NCBI GenBank assembly: GCA_902611135.1
Contig: CACLYL010000001.1
Span: forward strand, 13,141-77,140
Length of the DNA stretch: 64,000 nucleotides
Origin: an uncultured Fidelibacterota bacterium
GTDB lineage: Bacteria; Fidelibacterota; Marinisomatia; Marinisomatales; UBA1611
Direction of reading: 5' to 3'
The notes beneath the pieces are model-generated. The model saw only the letters and a program-made list of their open reading frames with translations. It was not told where the DNA came from and made no database searches. This document shows, in pieces, positions 29,236-38,151 of this stretch. Numbering within the stretch: the stretch's first letter is position 1; every line of letters starts with the position of its first letter. A program made the translations under genes and the position numbers.

Positions 29236-31470
29236 TTAATCCCTTACAGTTTTAGAAAGTACAATGCATAATGCAGGAAGCAAAGTTAAATCACAAATTA
29301 AAGCCAATGCAATCATGAGCGCTGAGAAGAGTCCAAATTGGAAAGTAGGAAGAAAAGCAGATAAAGTTAATACTAAAAAACCTGAAACTAATACCGTGGT
29401 AGTTATCATCAGTGCCGATCCTGTATTTATGATTGTGTTGCGTAAAGCCTCTATAATAGGTAGCCCTCTTGATAATTCCTTTCTATATCGTAATAAAAAA
29501 TGAAGTGAATCATCAACGGCGATACCTAATGCTACAGAAAATGTCATGGCTGTGGGTACACGGATGGGGATATTAAACCAAGCCAATAATCCCATCATTG
29601 TAAAGATGGGTATTAGATTAGTAATTAAATTTATAAACAAAATCGACCCTTTTCGAAACATGATGGTTAACACTAAGCAAATAAAAAATAGTGCAATGCC
29701 AAGTGAGCTTGATAGAGACTTAACTAAATAAGTATTTGTCTTTAAAGCGACAACTGTTGTTCCCGTATACTGAACAGTTAAGTTTGAAGGGAAACTTTTA
29801 GCTAAAGAATCAAGTTTGAGATAAATTTTTTCCATTTGATTTGATGTTTTATTTTCAATCAGTCCAGAAATTCTTAATGTATTTTGTTTGATGTTTATAA
29901 GTTTATTTTTGCTATTTTGATTGTCTTTAATAATTAATTTAATCATCTCATCTTCATTATTTCCTTTATTTGCTTGGAACCTTTTTGAAGATTCAATTAG
30001 GTTGTTTATTGATAAAAATCGACTATTTTTTAATTCAGATTCGAGTAGGGTTTGTGTCCTTTTAAGATAAGGAAGATATTCTATATAGTTAATATTACCA
30101 TTATTAGATGAGTCAGGTTTAATTTGAAATAAAACTTCAAAGGGAAGAACGCCACCAAAGTACTTTTCTGTAAACTTTAAATCTTGATATAGTTGATTAT
30201 TCGGTCTTAAATCATCTAGAAGAGATGCATCAGTAGAAATTTCCACTATTTTAGATATAAATATTGCTGATATGATACTCGGTATAAAAACAAACCACCA
30301 TGGATTAGCAATGATTTTATCTGACAAAATACTTAAAAACTTGTTGAAAGGTTTATAGGATTTATAATTAAAGCCTTTCATTGCAAGAAGCCCTGATGGA
30401 ACCGTTAAAATTGAAACTAACCAAGCCATCATAATACCAATTGAGACTTCCATCCCAAATTCTCTTATAATCTTTATTGAAGTGGTAGTCAAAGCAAGAA
30501 AGCCAATCGATGTAGTTAAACTTGTAATAAAAATTACTTTTGACATCTCTTTGAGGGTTTTTAACATAATCTCTTCAGAGCTTTTATTTAATTTAGTCAA
30601 GTTTTCCTTAAATCGAGCTTGAATGTGTATTGCATCAGCAACACCGATTATAAAAATTAAATTTGGAACAATGTATGAAATAATATTAATCTCAAGATTA
30701 AATAGGCCCATAAAACCGAGTAGCCATATTGCTGTAATAATTACTGTGAGGATTGGGAGGAATACTTGTACCCAATTTCTAAATAAAAACCCTAAAACAC
30801 ATAAAAGAATTACAAGTACAAATGGGACAAAAATAAAATTATCCCTTAACATTAATAAAACAAACTCTGTTCTTAGTACTGTAACTCCCGATAGAACCCA
30901 TTGTATTTCTGAGTCTTTTAGAATGTTTTTGACTTTTTTTATCAGTTGAGTTCGATCACTATGATTATTGGCAAGGTCGTTTAAGGATATTATTATTGCA
31001 CCGAAGTCCAAGTTTTCAGATAAGATTCTATTCCCAATTGTGGGATCTTTCTGTATGTACCTTAAAGCATTATTTAATCTAGTGTTATTCCAATTTGGAC
31101 CCATGAAATCACCAATCCATGCATTGGAATCGATATCACTTAAATTAAACAAGGACACAACGGTATTTACCTCATTAAACTCTTCTAATTGGTATATTAT
31201 ATCGTCAAGCTTTTTGTATAATTCTTGAGATTGAAAATCTTTGGGTTTGTAAATCAACGTGATGATGTTGTCTTCCCTACCAAAATTGCTTTTAAAACTT
31301 TGATATTCTCTTGCGCTTAAATCATATTCTGAGAAAAGATCTTCAACGGAAAAGTCAAGTTTTAAAGAAGGTATAAAAGTAGCCCAAAAAGTTGTTACAA
31401 GTGCTAGTATCAACAACGTCTTTTTTGGGGAATAAATTACTGTTTCAAAGATTTTATGGATCATTTTCAT
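29236..31470 (-). CDS. MMPL/RND-superfamily exporter (COG1033-type, two 6-TM bundles)
   Basis: 744 aa. Two repeated halves each have one TM, a periplasmic domain and a 5-TM cluster (sterol-sensing-like topology). The motif GIAVDDSLHFL is typical of the MMPL/RND proton-relay region. Confidence 0.8.
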   Translation of the reverse strand: MKMIHKIFETVIYSPKKTLLILALVTTFWATFIPSLKLDFSVEDLFSEYDLSAREYQSFKSNFGREDNIITLIYKPKDFQSQELYKKLDDIIYQLEEFNEVNTVVSLFNLSDIDSNAWIGDFMGPNWNNTRLNNALRYIQKDPTIGNRILSENLDFGAIIISLNDLANNHSDRTQLIKKVKNILKDSEIQWVLSGVTVLRTEFVLLMLRDNFIFVPFVLVILLCVLGFLFRNWVQVFLPILTVIITAIWLLGFMGLFNLEINIISYIVPNLIFIIGVADAIHIQARFKENLTKLNKSSEEIMLKTLKEMSKVIFITSLTTSIGFLALTTTSIKIIREFGMEVSIGIMMAWLVSILTVPSGLLAMKGFNYKSYKPFNKFLSILSDKIIANPWWFVFIPSIISAIFISKIVEISTDASLLDDLRPNNQLYQDLKFTEKYFGGVLPFEVLFQIKPDSSNNGNINYIEYLPYLKRTQTLLESELKNSRFLSINNLIESSKRFQANKGNNEDEMIKLIIKDNQNSKNKLINIKQNTLRISGLIENKTSNQMEKIYLKLDSLAKSFPSNLTVQYTGTTVVALKTNTYLVKSLSSSLGIALFFICLVLTIMFRKGSILFINLITNLIPIFTMMGLLAWFNIPIRVPTAMTFSVALGIAVDDSLHFLLRYRKELSRGLPIIEALRNTIINTGSALMITTTVLVSGFLVLTLSAFLPTFQFGLFSALMIALALICDLTLLPALCIVLSKTVRD

Positions 31471-31700
31471 TGATTAAAAATTAATGATTTACCAATTTAT
31501 TAATTCTAATACCGTAACTCTTAAATAAAGAAAAATAATATATGACATTCTTTTGATATTGGATTTGTTCTAAAATGGTAGTCCCATTAAAAGATATTTT
31601 AATGTTTAAATAAGTAATCTTTAAAGTGAAATAGTTTAATAATTATAGTAAAATTAAGAGCCTATTTTAGATCATTGTGCATTAAAATTTCTAGTATTTC

Positions 31701-34337
31701 ATGAAAAACACACCTTTAGATAAAAGATATAAACCTTCCAAGATAGAAGACAAATGGTACCAGCACTGGATGGAAAAGAAATATTTTAAGGCAGATGAAC
31801 ACTCAAAAAAAGAACCTTTTACTATTGTAATCCCTCCGCCTAATGTGACGGGAATTTTACATTTAGGCCATGTTTTAAATAATACAATTCAAGATGTTTT
31901 AATTCGTAAAGCTCGAATGGAAGGTAAAGAAGCATGCTGGATTCCTGGTACTGACCATGCTTCTATTTCAACCGAATCTAAAGTAGTCGAAATGCTAAAA
32001 ATTAATGGTATTAATAAAAAAGATTTAAATCGAGATGAATTTTTAAAATATGCGATGGATTGGAAGAATGAATATGGTGGCATTATCATCAAGCAATTAA
32101 AAAAGTTAGGTTGCTCATGCGATTGGGATCGTGAAACGTTTACAATGGATGAAGGCTATTCAAAAGCAGTTCTAACGGCGTTCGTTAATCTATATAAAAA
32201 AGGAATAATTTATAGAGGAAATCGACTAGTTAACTGGTGCCCTGTATCTCAGTCTGCCATTAGCGATGAGGAAGTTATTTATCGCGAAATCAAAGGGAAA
32301 CTCTGGTACTTTAAATATCCTATAAAAGGCTTAAAAGAATTTATAGTTGTTGCTACTACTAGGCCAGAAACAATGCTTGGAGATTCCGCAGTCGCAATTA
32401 ATCCAGGGGATAAACGATTTAAACATTTAATTGGGGAATCCCTTATTCTACCATTAGTAGGTAAAGAGATTCCAATTATATCTGATGACTTTGTTGATCC
32501 AGAATTTGGGACGGGTTGCGTAAAAGTTACTCCTGCACATGATCCAAATGACTTTGTTATTGGAAAGAGACACAATCTTTTATTTACTAATATTATGAAA
32601 GAGGATGCTTCATTGAATCTAAATGTACCTAAAAAATACCAAGGCTTAACTCGAGAAAAAGCAAGAGAAGTAATTTTACTGGATATTGAAAATTTAGGTT
32701 TGTTAGAGAAGGTAGAAGATTATACTCATCAAGTTGGCTTTTCTGAGAGAGGGAACGTGCCAATAGAATTTTATATGTCCAAACAATGGTTTATGAAGAT
32801 GTCTGATCTATCTAAACCGGCTTTAGAAGCAGTTAATAGAGGGAAAGTTAAATTTTATCCAGAACATTGGAAAAAAACATATAATCATTGGATGAATAAT
32901 ATTAAAGATTGGTGTATAAGTAGACAATTATGGTGGGGTCATCGATTGCCTGTTTGGTACAATAAAAAGGATCCCAAATTAATCCATGTATCAGTAGAAG
33001 GCCCTGAAAATCCAAATAATTGGTTTCAAGATCCAGATGTTTTGGATACTTGGGCAAGTTCGTGGCTTTGGCCTATTGGTGTTCATAATTGGCCAGAATC
33101 AAATAAAAGTTTAGATAAGTTTTATCCCACGAATTCCTTAGTTACTGGGCCTGACATTATATTTTTCTGGGTAGCTAGAATGATCATGTCTGGTTATGAA
33201 TTTAAAAACGAATTACCATTTAAAGATGTTTATTTCACATCCATTTTAAGAGATGAAACTGGGAGAAAATTAAGTAAATCATTGGGTAATTCACCTGATC
33301 CGCTTGACCTATTTGCGGAATATGGAACAGATGCTGTAAGGTTTGGAACTATGTTAATGGCTCCCCAAGGTCTAGATGTTTTATTTTCTAAAGAACGTCT
33401 AGAAATTGGCAGAAATTTTATGAATAAACTTTGGAATGCTTGTCGTTTTGTTCAAATCAATCTTAATGAAACATTCAACACCGAAATAAACTTAAATAAA
33501 GAAGAATTAGGAATTGCAGAGAAATGGATTTTAGGCCAATTATCAAAAACAGTTTTTGCATTTAATAGACATCTAGATCGTTTTCATTTTAATGAAGCAG
33601 CAAAAGTAATTTATGAATTTACCTGGAACGATTTTTGCGATTGGTATATTGAAATAATAAAACTAAGTTTTTCTAACGGTAATGAATTACAAAAAAATAT
33701 TGCGGCATCAGTTGCTATTAAATGTATTCGTACCGTAATTACAATTTTACATCCTTATGCACCATTTATTACTGAAGAATTATGGAGCTGTTTTAAATTA
33801 GATTCTAAACCAGATTTAATAGTCAGCAATTGGATAGGCAAGGAAATTTCATATGATTTTCCTGTTGAAAAAAAAGAAATGTCTTTCTTACAATCAATGA
33901 TTACCTCTATTAGAAGCATACGGAGTAGAATGAATATTCCTTACTCAAAAAAGATAAATTTGAGTATAAGGTGTGATTTAAAAAACGAAAATTTTATCAA
34001 GTCTCAAAAAGCATTGTTAGAGGCCTTTGTTAATACTGATAATATTGAAATTAGTGACAAAATTGACAGGCCATATCAATCTTCTGCGATTGTTTTGGGA
34101 GAGGTTGAAATTTTCATTCCTTTAGATAAACTAGTTGATTTAAATATTGAAAAGTCAAGAATGGGGAAAAGAATTAAAGATATTGAACGAATACTCAGTT
34201 CAATTAATAGTAAATTATCAAATGAAAATTTTATAAAAAGAGCCCCTAGGACTGTTGTTGAAAAAGAGAAATCAAACTTTGATAAATTGACTAAAGAAAT
34301 GAAAAAGATCAATCACAACCTTAATATGTTATCATAA
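31701..34337 (+). CDS. valS: valine--tRNA ligase
   Basis: HIGH-type PPNVTGILHLGH, KMSKS-type KLSKSLGN and a C-terminal coiled-coil arm. 878 aa. Confidence 0.95.
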   Translation: MKNTPLDKRYKPSKIEDKWYQHWMEKKYFKADEHSKKEPFTIVIPPPNVTGILHLGHVLNNTIQDVLIRKARMEGKEACWIPGTDHASISTESKVVEMLKINGINKKDLNRDEFLKYAMDWKNEYGGIIIKQLKKLGCSCDWDRETFTMDEGYSKAVLTAFVNLYKKGIIYRGNRLVNWCPVSQSAISDEEVIYREIKGKLWYFKYPIKGLKEFIVVATTRPETMLGDSAVAINPGDKRFKHLIGESLILPLVGKEIPIISDDFVDPEFGTGCVKVTPAHDPNDFVIGKRHNLLFTNIMKEDASLNLNVPKKYQGLTREKAREVILLDIENLGLLEKVEDYTHQVGFSERGNVPIEFYMSKQWFMKMSDLSKPALEAVNRGKVKFYPEHWKKTYNHWMNNIKDWCISRQLWWGHRLPVWYNKKDPKLIHVSVEGPENPNNWFQDPDVLDTWASSWLWPIGVHNWPESNKSLDKFYPTNSLVTGPDIIFFWVARMIMSGYEFKNELPFKDVYFTSILRDETGRKLSKSLGNSPDPLDLFAEYGTDAVRFGTMLMAPQGLDVLFSKERLEIGRNFMNKLWNACRFVQINLNETFNTEINLNKEELGIAEKWILGQLSKTVFAFNRHLDRFHFNEAAKVIYEFTWNDFCDWYIEIIKLSFSNGNELQKNIAASVAIKCIRTVITILHPYAPFITEELWSCFKLDSKPDLIVSNWIGKEISYDFPVEKKEMSFLQSMITSIRSIRSRMNIPYSKKINLSIRCDLKNENFIKSQKALLEAFVNTDNIEISDKIDRPYQSSAIVLGEVEIFIPLDKLVDLNIEKSRMGKRIKDIERILSSINSKLSNENFIKRAPRTVVEKEKSNFDKLTKEMKKINHNLNMLS

Positions 34338-35683
34338 TGACAATTAAATTATTCACTTTAATATTTATAAGTTTTACTTTAGCCCAGTCTGAAAATGCAA
34401 CTCTAACTCTATATAAGGATGGAACAGCTCTCATTAAACAACCAGTAGCATGGTCTATTCCTTCAGGAAACAGTTATGTTACTTGGGGTGACCTTCCAAA
34501 TGGGATTCATAAAGACACTCCTTTTTTAAATTTAGATGGAGCAAATATTATTTCTCAAAGATTTAACGATAATATATTTACTGAGATTGATTATTTTAGC
34601 AAGTTAAAAGGAGAAGAAATTTTTGTTAAACCGAAAGATGGTAAAGTAGTTAAAGGGAAGCTACTTGAGATTAGTTCTGCAACAGTTACAATATTAAATC
34701 AATCACATATATTTACATTTAACCGATCAGAGTTAGAATATATAAAAAGTAAAAATAAAAGTATTAATATTCCGAATTTTAGTTCTTTTTTATCTTGGGA
34801 TTTATATTCAAAAGAAGGGAAAATAGTAAAAGGAGAATTAGTCTATAAAGCTCGTAATTTTTCTTGGACTACTGTTTATAGGTTAAAAATGTTAAATGAG
34901 GAAAAAGGGGAGTTAGTTGCTGAGGCGGTAATAAATAATAATTCAGATATGAATTTTAACTCAGTCCTTCTTAATCTTGTCGAAGGAAATTTGAATAAAG
35001 CGTCTATGGCAAAGCCCCTTAGTGAAAAACTTTATCGAAACAGTGTCATTCAAAAAAACAATTCTTCTTCATCTACGTTAAGTGTCGATGAATTAGGCGA
35101 TTATCATATCTATTCACTTAATGGTGATCATGATCTAGAATCAAAAGAAAATATTACTATACGAATGTATGGGCCATTAGATGTAAAGTATCAAAAAACA
35201 TATGTTTTTGAAAATAGTGAAAGGAGGCAAAAAGAAGAGCCTCTTGAAGTTCAATTAACATTGAGCAATATGGAAAAAAATGGTTTGGGAATATCTTTAC
35301 CTGCTGGGAAAGTTGAAATTTATGCTCAATCACAATCAACAGGACTTGAATATATTGGAGCAGATAATATGGGACAAGTTCCCAAAGGGCAGTCCACAAA
35401 ATTAATTTCTGGTAGAGCTTTTGATGTCATAGGGAACAGAAAAGTTTTAAATTATGATAGGCAGCGAAAAAGTGAAGAAGCTGTAATTGAAATCGCCTTA
35501 ACTAATAATAGAACTGAAAGCGTTGATATCCTTCTCATTGAACATATAAATGGCGATTGGATTATCAAAGATGAATCTCTCAATTATAAAAAAGAGGATG
35601 CTTCAACAATTCATTTCCCTCTTAGTTTAAATGCTGGTGAGGTTAAGAATGTTTATTATACCTACCGTAAAGAATGGAAATAG
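34337..35683 (+). CDS. DUF4139-like (MuiA/TIGR02231-type) secreted protein
   Basis: 448 aa with a signal peptide. All-beta-looking sequence begins ATLTLYKDGTALIKQ. The assignment is from memory of the family and is not verified. The start overlaps the valS stop (TAATG). Confidence 0.4.
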   Translation: MTIKLFTLIFISFTLAQSENATLTLYKDGTALIKQPVAWSIPSGNSYVTWGDLPNGIHKDTPFLNLDGANIISQRFNDNIFTEIDYFSKLKGEEIFVKPKDGKVVKGKLLEISSATVTILNQSHIFTFNRSELEYIKSKNKSINIPNFSSFLSWDLYSKEGKIVKGELVYKARNFSWTTVYRLKMLNEEKGELVAEAVINNNSDMNFNSVLLNLVEGNLNKASMAKPLSEKLYRNSVIQKNNSSSSTLSVDELGDYHIYSLNGDHDLESKENITIRMYGPLDVKYQKTYVFENSERRQKEEPLEVQLTLSNMEKNGLGISLPAGKVEIYAQSQSTGLEYIGADNMGQVPKGQSTKLISGRAFDVIGNRKVLNYDRQRKSEEAVIEIALTNNRTESVDILLIEHINGDWIIKDESLNYKKEDASTIHFPLSLNAGEVKNVYYTYRKEWK

Positions 35684-35700
35684 TATTTAAAGGATAAGAA

Positions 35701-37773
35701 TTGCATATAAACGATCCAATCATTGTTCTTGATAATATTGGTTCTAAGAGGGTTAGCGTTTTTAATCAACATGGTATACATGTAATACGCGATCTATTAT
35801 ATTATTTGCCTAGAAGGCATCTTGATCGTACATCTATTACAAGCATAAAAGATTTAAAAAAAGGCTATAAGAGTACATTAATAGTTTCTGTTAACTCTTT
35901 TGGAGTTAGGCCTATCAAAAAGGGCAAGATGTTCCAGGTAATTGTTTCTGATTCCAGTGGATCAATGACTTTAGTATGGTTTAATAGCATTAAAATAATA
36001 AAAAACATTTTTAAAGTTGGTGATAAATTAGCGATTCATGGGAAAGTGAATTGGTACAATGGTTACACGATTACACATCCTGAGTTTGATAAATTAGATA
36101 AACAGGACAATCCCCTAAGTACAGGCGAAATAATCCCAATTTACCCTTTAACATCAGAGTTCAAATCTTCTGGAATAGATCAGAGAGTGTTAAGAAAATT
36201 AATTAAAGGTGCGTTTAGTAAAAATCTAGTTATTGATGACTTTCTTCCAGAAAAAATTATAAAGGATAACAATTTAATTTCTTTAAGCAAAGCTATTCAC
36301 AATATTCACTATTCAAATTCATTAAATGAACTTAAACGTGCTATCAACAGATTAAAATTTGATGAACATTTTTTTTTACAACTTTTTATGGCAATTCGAA
36401 GAAGGAATTTTAAATCTTTAAATAGCAAGCCTATTTTAAATATTGGTCCATATTTTAAGTTAATATCTGAATCATTAGAATTTGAATTAACAAAAGCTCA
36501 GAAAAAAGTACTTAAAGAAATTCGTAATGATCTAAAAAGTAAAAAACCTATGAATAGGTTGCTTCAAGGAGATGTTAGCTCAGGAAAAACAATTGTAGCT
36601 ATTTTATCCTCAGCTATAGCAGTTGGGAATAATTTTCAAGTTGCCATAATGGCGCCGACAGAAATTCTTGCGAGGCAACATTACTTATCATTCATAGGTC
36701 AAATGAACAAAGCAAAAGTGACTTGTGCATTATTGATTGGCAATATGAAGAAAAAAGAGCGAACTTCAATAATAAGTGGAATCAAATCAAATAAAATCCA
36801 AATTATAATTGGAACGCATGCTTTGATACAAGAGGATGTAAAATTTAAAAAGTTAAATTTAGTAATTATTGATGAACAACATAGGTTTGGCGTTAATCAA
36901 AGAGCTAGCTTAATTGCAAAGGGTGAAAATCCCAACTTCTTAGCAATGACTGCAACACCAATTCCAAGAACATTATCTATAACATATAACGGGGATATGG
37001 AATTATCAATTATTGATGAACTACCCTTAAATAGAATACCAATAAGGACAAAAGTCATTAATCCAGATCGCTTAAAAAGAGTTTATAGCTTCATGACAAA
37101 ACAGTTTAATGAAGGTAAGCAGGCCATGGTTATTTATCCTTTAGTAGAGGAATCTGAAAAATCTGATCTTGCCGCAGCTGTTCAGGCTCATGAAAACTTT
37201 AGAAATAAAATTTTTAGAAAGTTTAAAGTAGGATTAGTTCATGGTAGAATGGATTCAAGTGAGAAAGACTTAATTATGGAAAAATTTTCAAAAAATCAAA
37301 TTAATTTACTTGTTTCTACTACAGTTGTTGAGGTTGGAGTTGATATTCCAAATGCATCAGTTATGCTTATCGAAAATGCTGAAAGATTTGGCTTAACCCA
37401 ATTACATCAATTAAGGGGGCGTGTTGGTAGAGGTTCTTCTAAAAGTTATTGCATACTTGTGAAAAGAAAAATTCGTGATTCAGGAAATGTTAGACTAAAC
37501 ATTATGGAGGAAAGTAATGATGGTTTTTATATTGCCGACGAAGATCTAAAGTTGAGAGGACCAGGGCAGTTTTTCGGGACGAAACAATCTGGATTTATAA
37601 ATTTTCAAATAGCAAGTTTGACTCTTGATGCGGCAATTATCAAAGCAGCAAGAAAGACAGCATTTAATATTGTCAAGGATGATACTAGTCTAAAGAAGGA
37701 TTCAAATAAAAAGATTCGCGATCGGTTTGAAAATGAATATGTTGATTATCTATCTGAGTTTAGCTTTTCTTAG
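35701..37773 (+). CDS. recG: ATP-dependent DNA helicase RecG
   Basis: N-terminal wedge region (DLLYYLPRRHLDRT). Helicase motifs GDVSSGKT, DEQHRFG, MTATPIPRT and QLHQLRGRVGRG. TTG start. Confidence 0.9.
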   Translation: MHINDPIIVLDNIGSKRVSVFNQHGIHVIRDLLYYLPRRHLDRTSITSIKDLKKGYKSTLIVSVNSFGVRPIKKGKMFQVIVSDSSGSMTLVWFNSIKIIKNIFKVGDKLAIHGKVNWYNGYTITHPEFDKLDKQDNPLSTGEIIPIYPLTSEFKSSGIDQRVLRKLIKGAFSKNLVIDDFLPEKIIKDNNLISLSKAIHNIHYSNSLNELKRAINRLKFDEHFFLQLFMAIRRRNFKSLNSKPILNIGPYFKLISESLEFELTKAQKKVLKEIRNDLKSKKPMNRLLQGDVSSGKTIVAILSSAIAVGNNFQVAIMAPTEILARQHYLSFIGQMNKAKVTCALLIGNMKKKERTSIISGIKSNKIQIIIGTHALIQEDVKFKKLNLVIIDEQHRFGVNQRASLIAKGENPNFLAMTATPIPRTLSITYNGDMELSIIDELPLNRIPIRTKVINPDRLKRVYSFMTKQFNEGKQAMVIYPLVEESEKSDLAAAVQAHENFRNKIFRKFKVGLVHGRMDSSEKDLIMEKFSKNQINLLVSTTVVEVGVDIPNASVMLIENAERFGLTQLHQLRGRVGRGSSKSYCILVKRKIRDSGNVRLNIMEESNDGFYIADEDLKLRGPGQFFGTKQSGFINFQIASLTLDAAIIKAARKTAFNIVKDDTSLKKDSNKKIRDRFENEYVDYLSEFSFS

Positions 37774-37852
37774 TTATTTTCTATATTCAGAGATTTAGAA
37801 GAATTATATTCTGCTTTATTTTTTAATAAAAAATTAGTTCATTGCGATAAAA

Positions 37853-38119
37853 TTGGAAGAAAATCAAAAAAATGATGAAAAGCTTTTTATGTATTTAATT
37901 AATACTTTTCAGTCAAGTGCGCAAATAGCATTAGGAGAAATGGAAAATCCAATGACAAGAAAAGTTGAAACAAATCTAGATCAAGCAGGTTATTATATTG
38001 ATTTACTTGAAATGGTTAAAAAAAAAACCAAAAACAATTTAACTGAATATGAAGAGCAAATGTTGATAAATATCATCAGTAAATTGAAGATGAGCCTTTT
38101 ATTGGAATCAAAAAAGTAG
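37853..38119 (+). CDS. DUF1844-like small protein
   Basis: 88 aa. FMYLINTFQSSAQIALGEMENPMTRKVETNLDQAGYYIDLLEMV resembles the DUF1844 pattern. TTG start. Confidence 0.45.
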   Translation: MEENQKNDEKLFMYLINTFQSSAQIALGEMENPMTRKVETNLDQAGYYIDLLEMVKKKTKNNLTEYEEQMLINIISKLKMSLLLESKK

Positions 38120-38151
38120 TAAAGCTAAAAAATTATAAGATGAGGTAAGTT

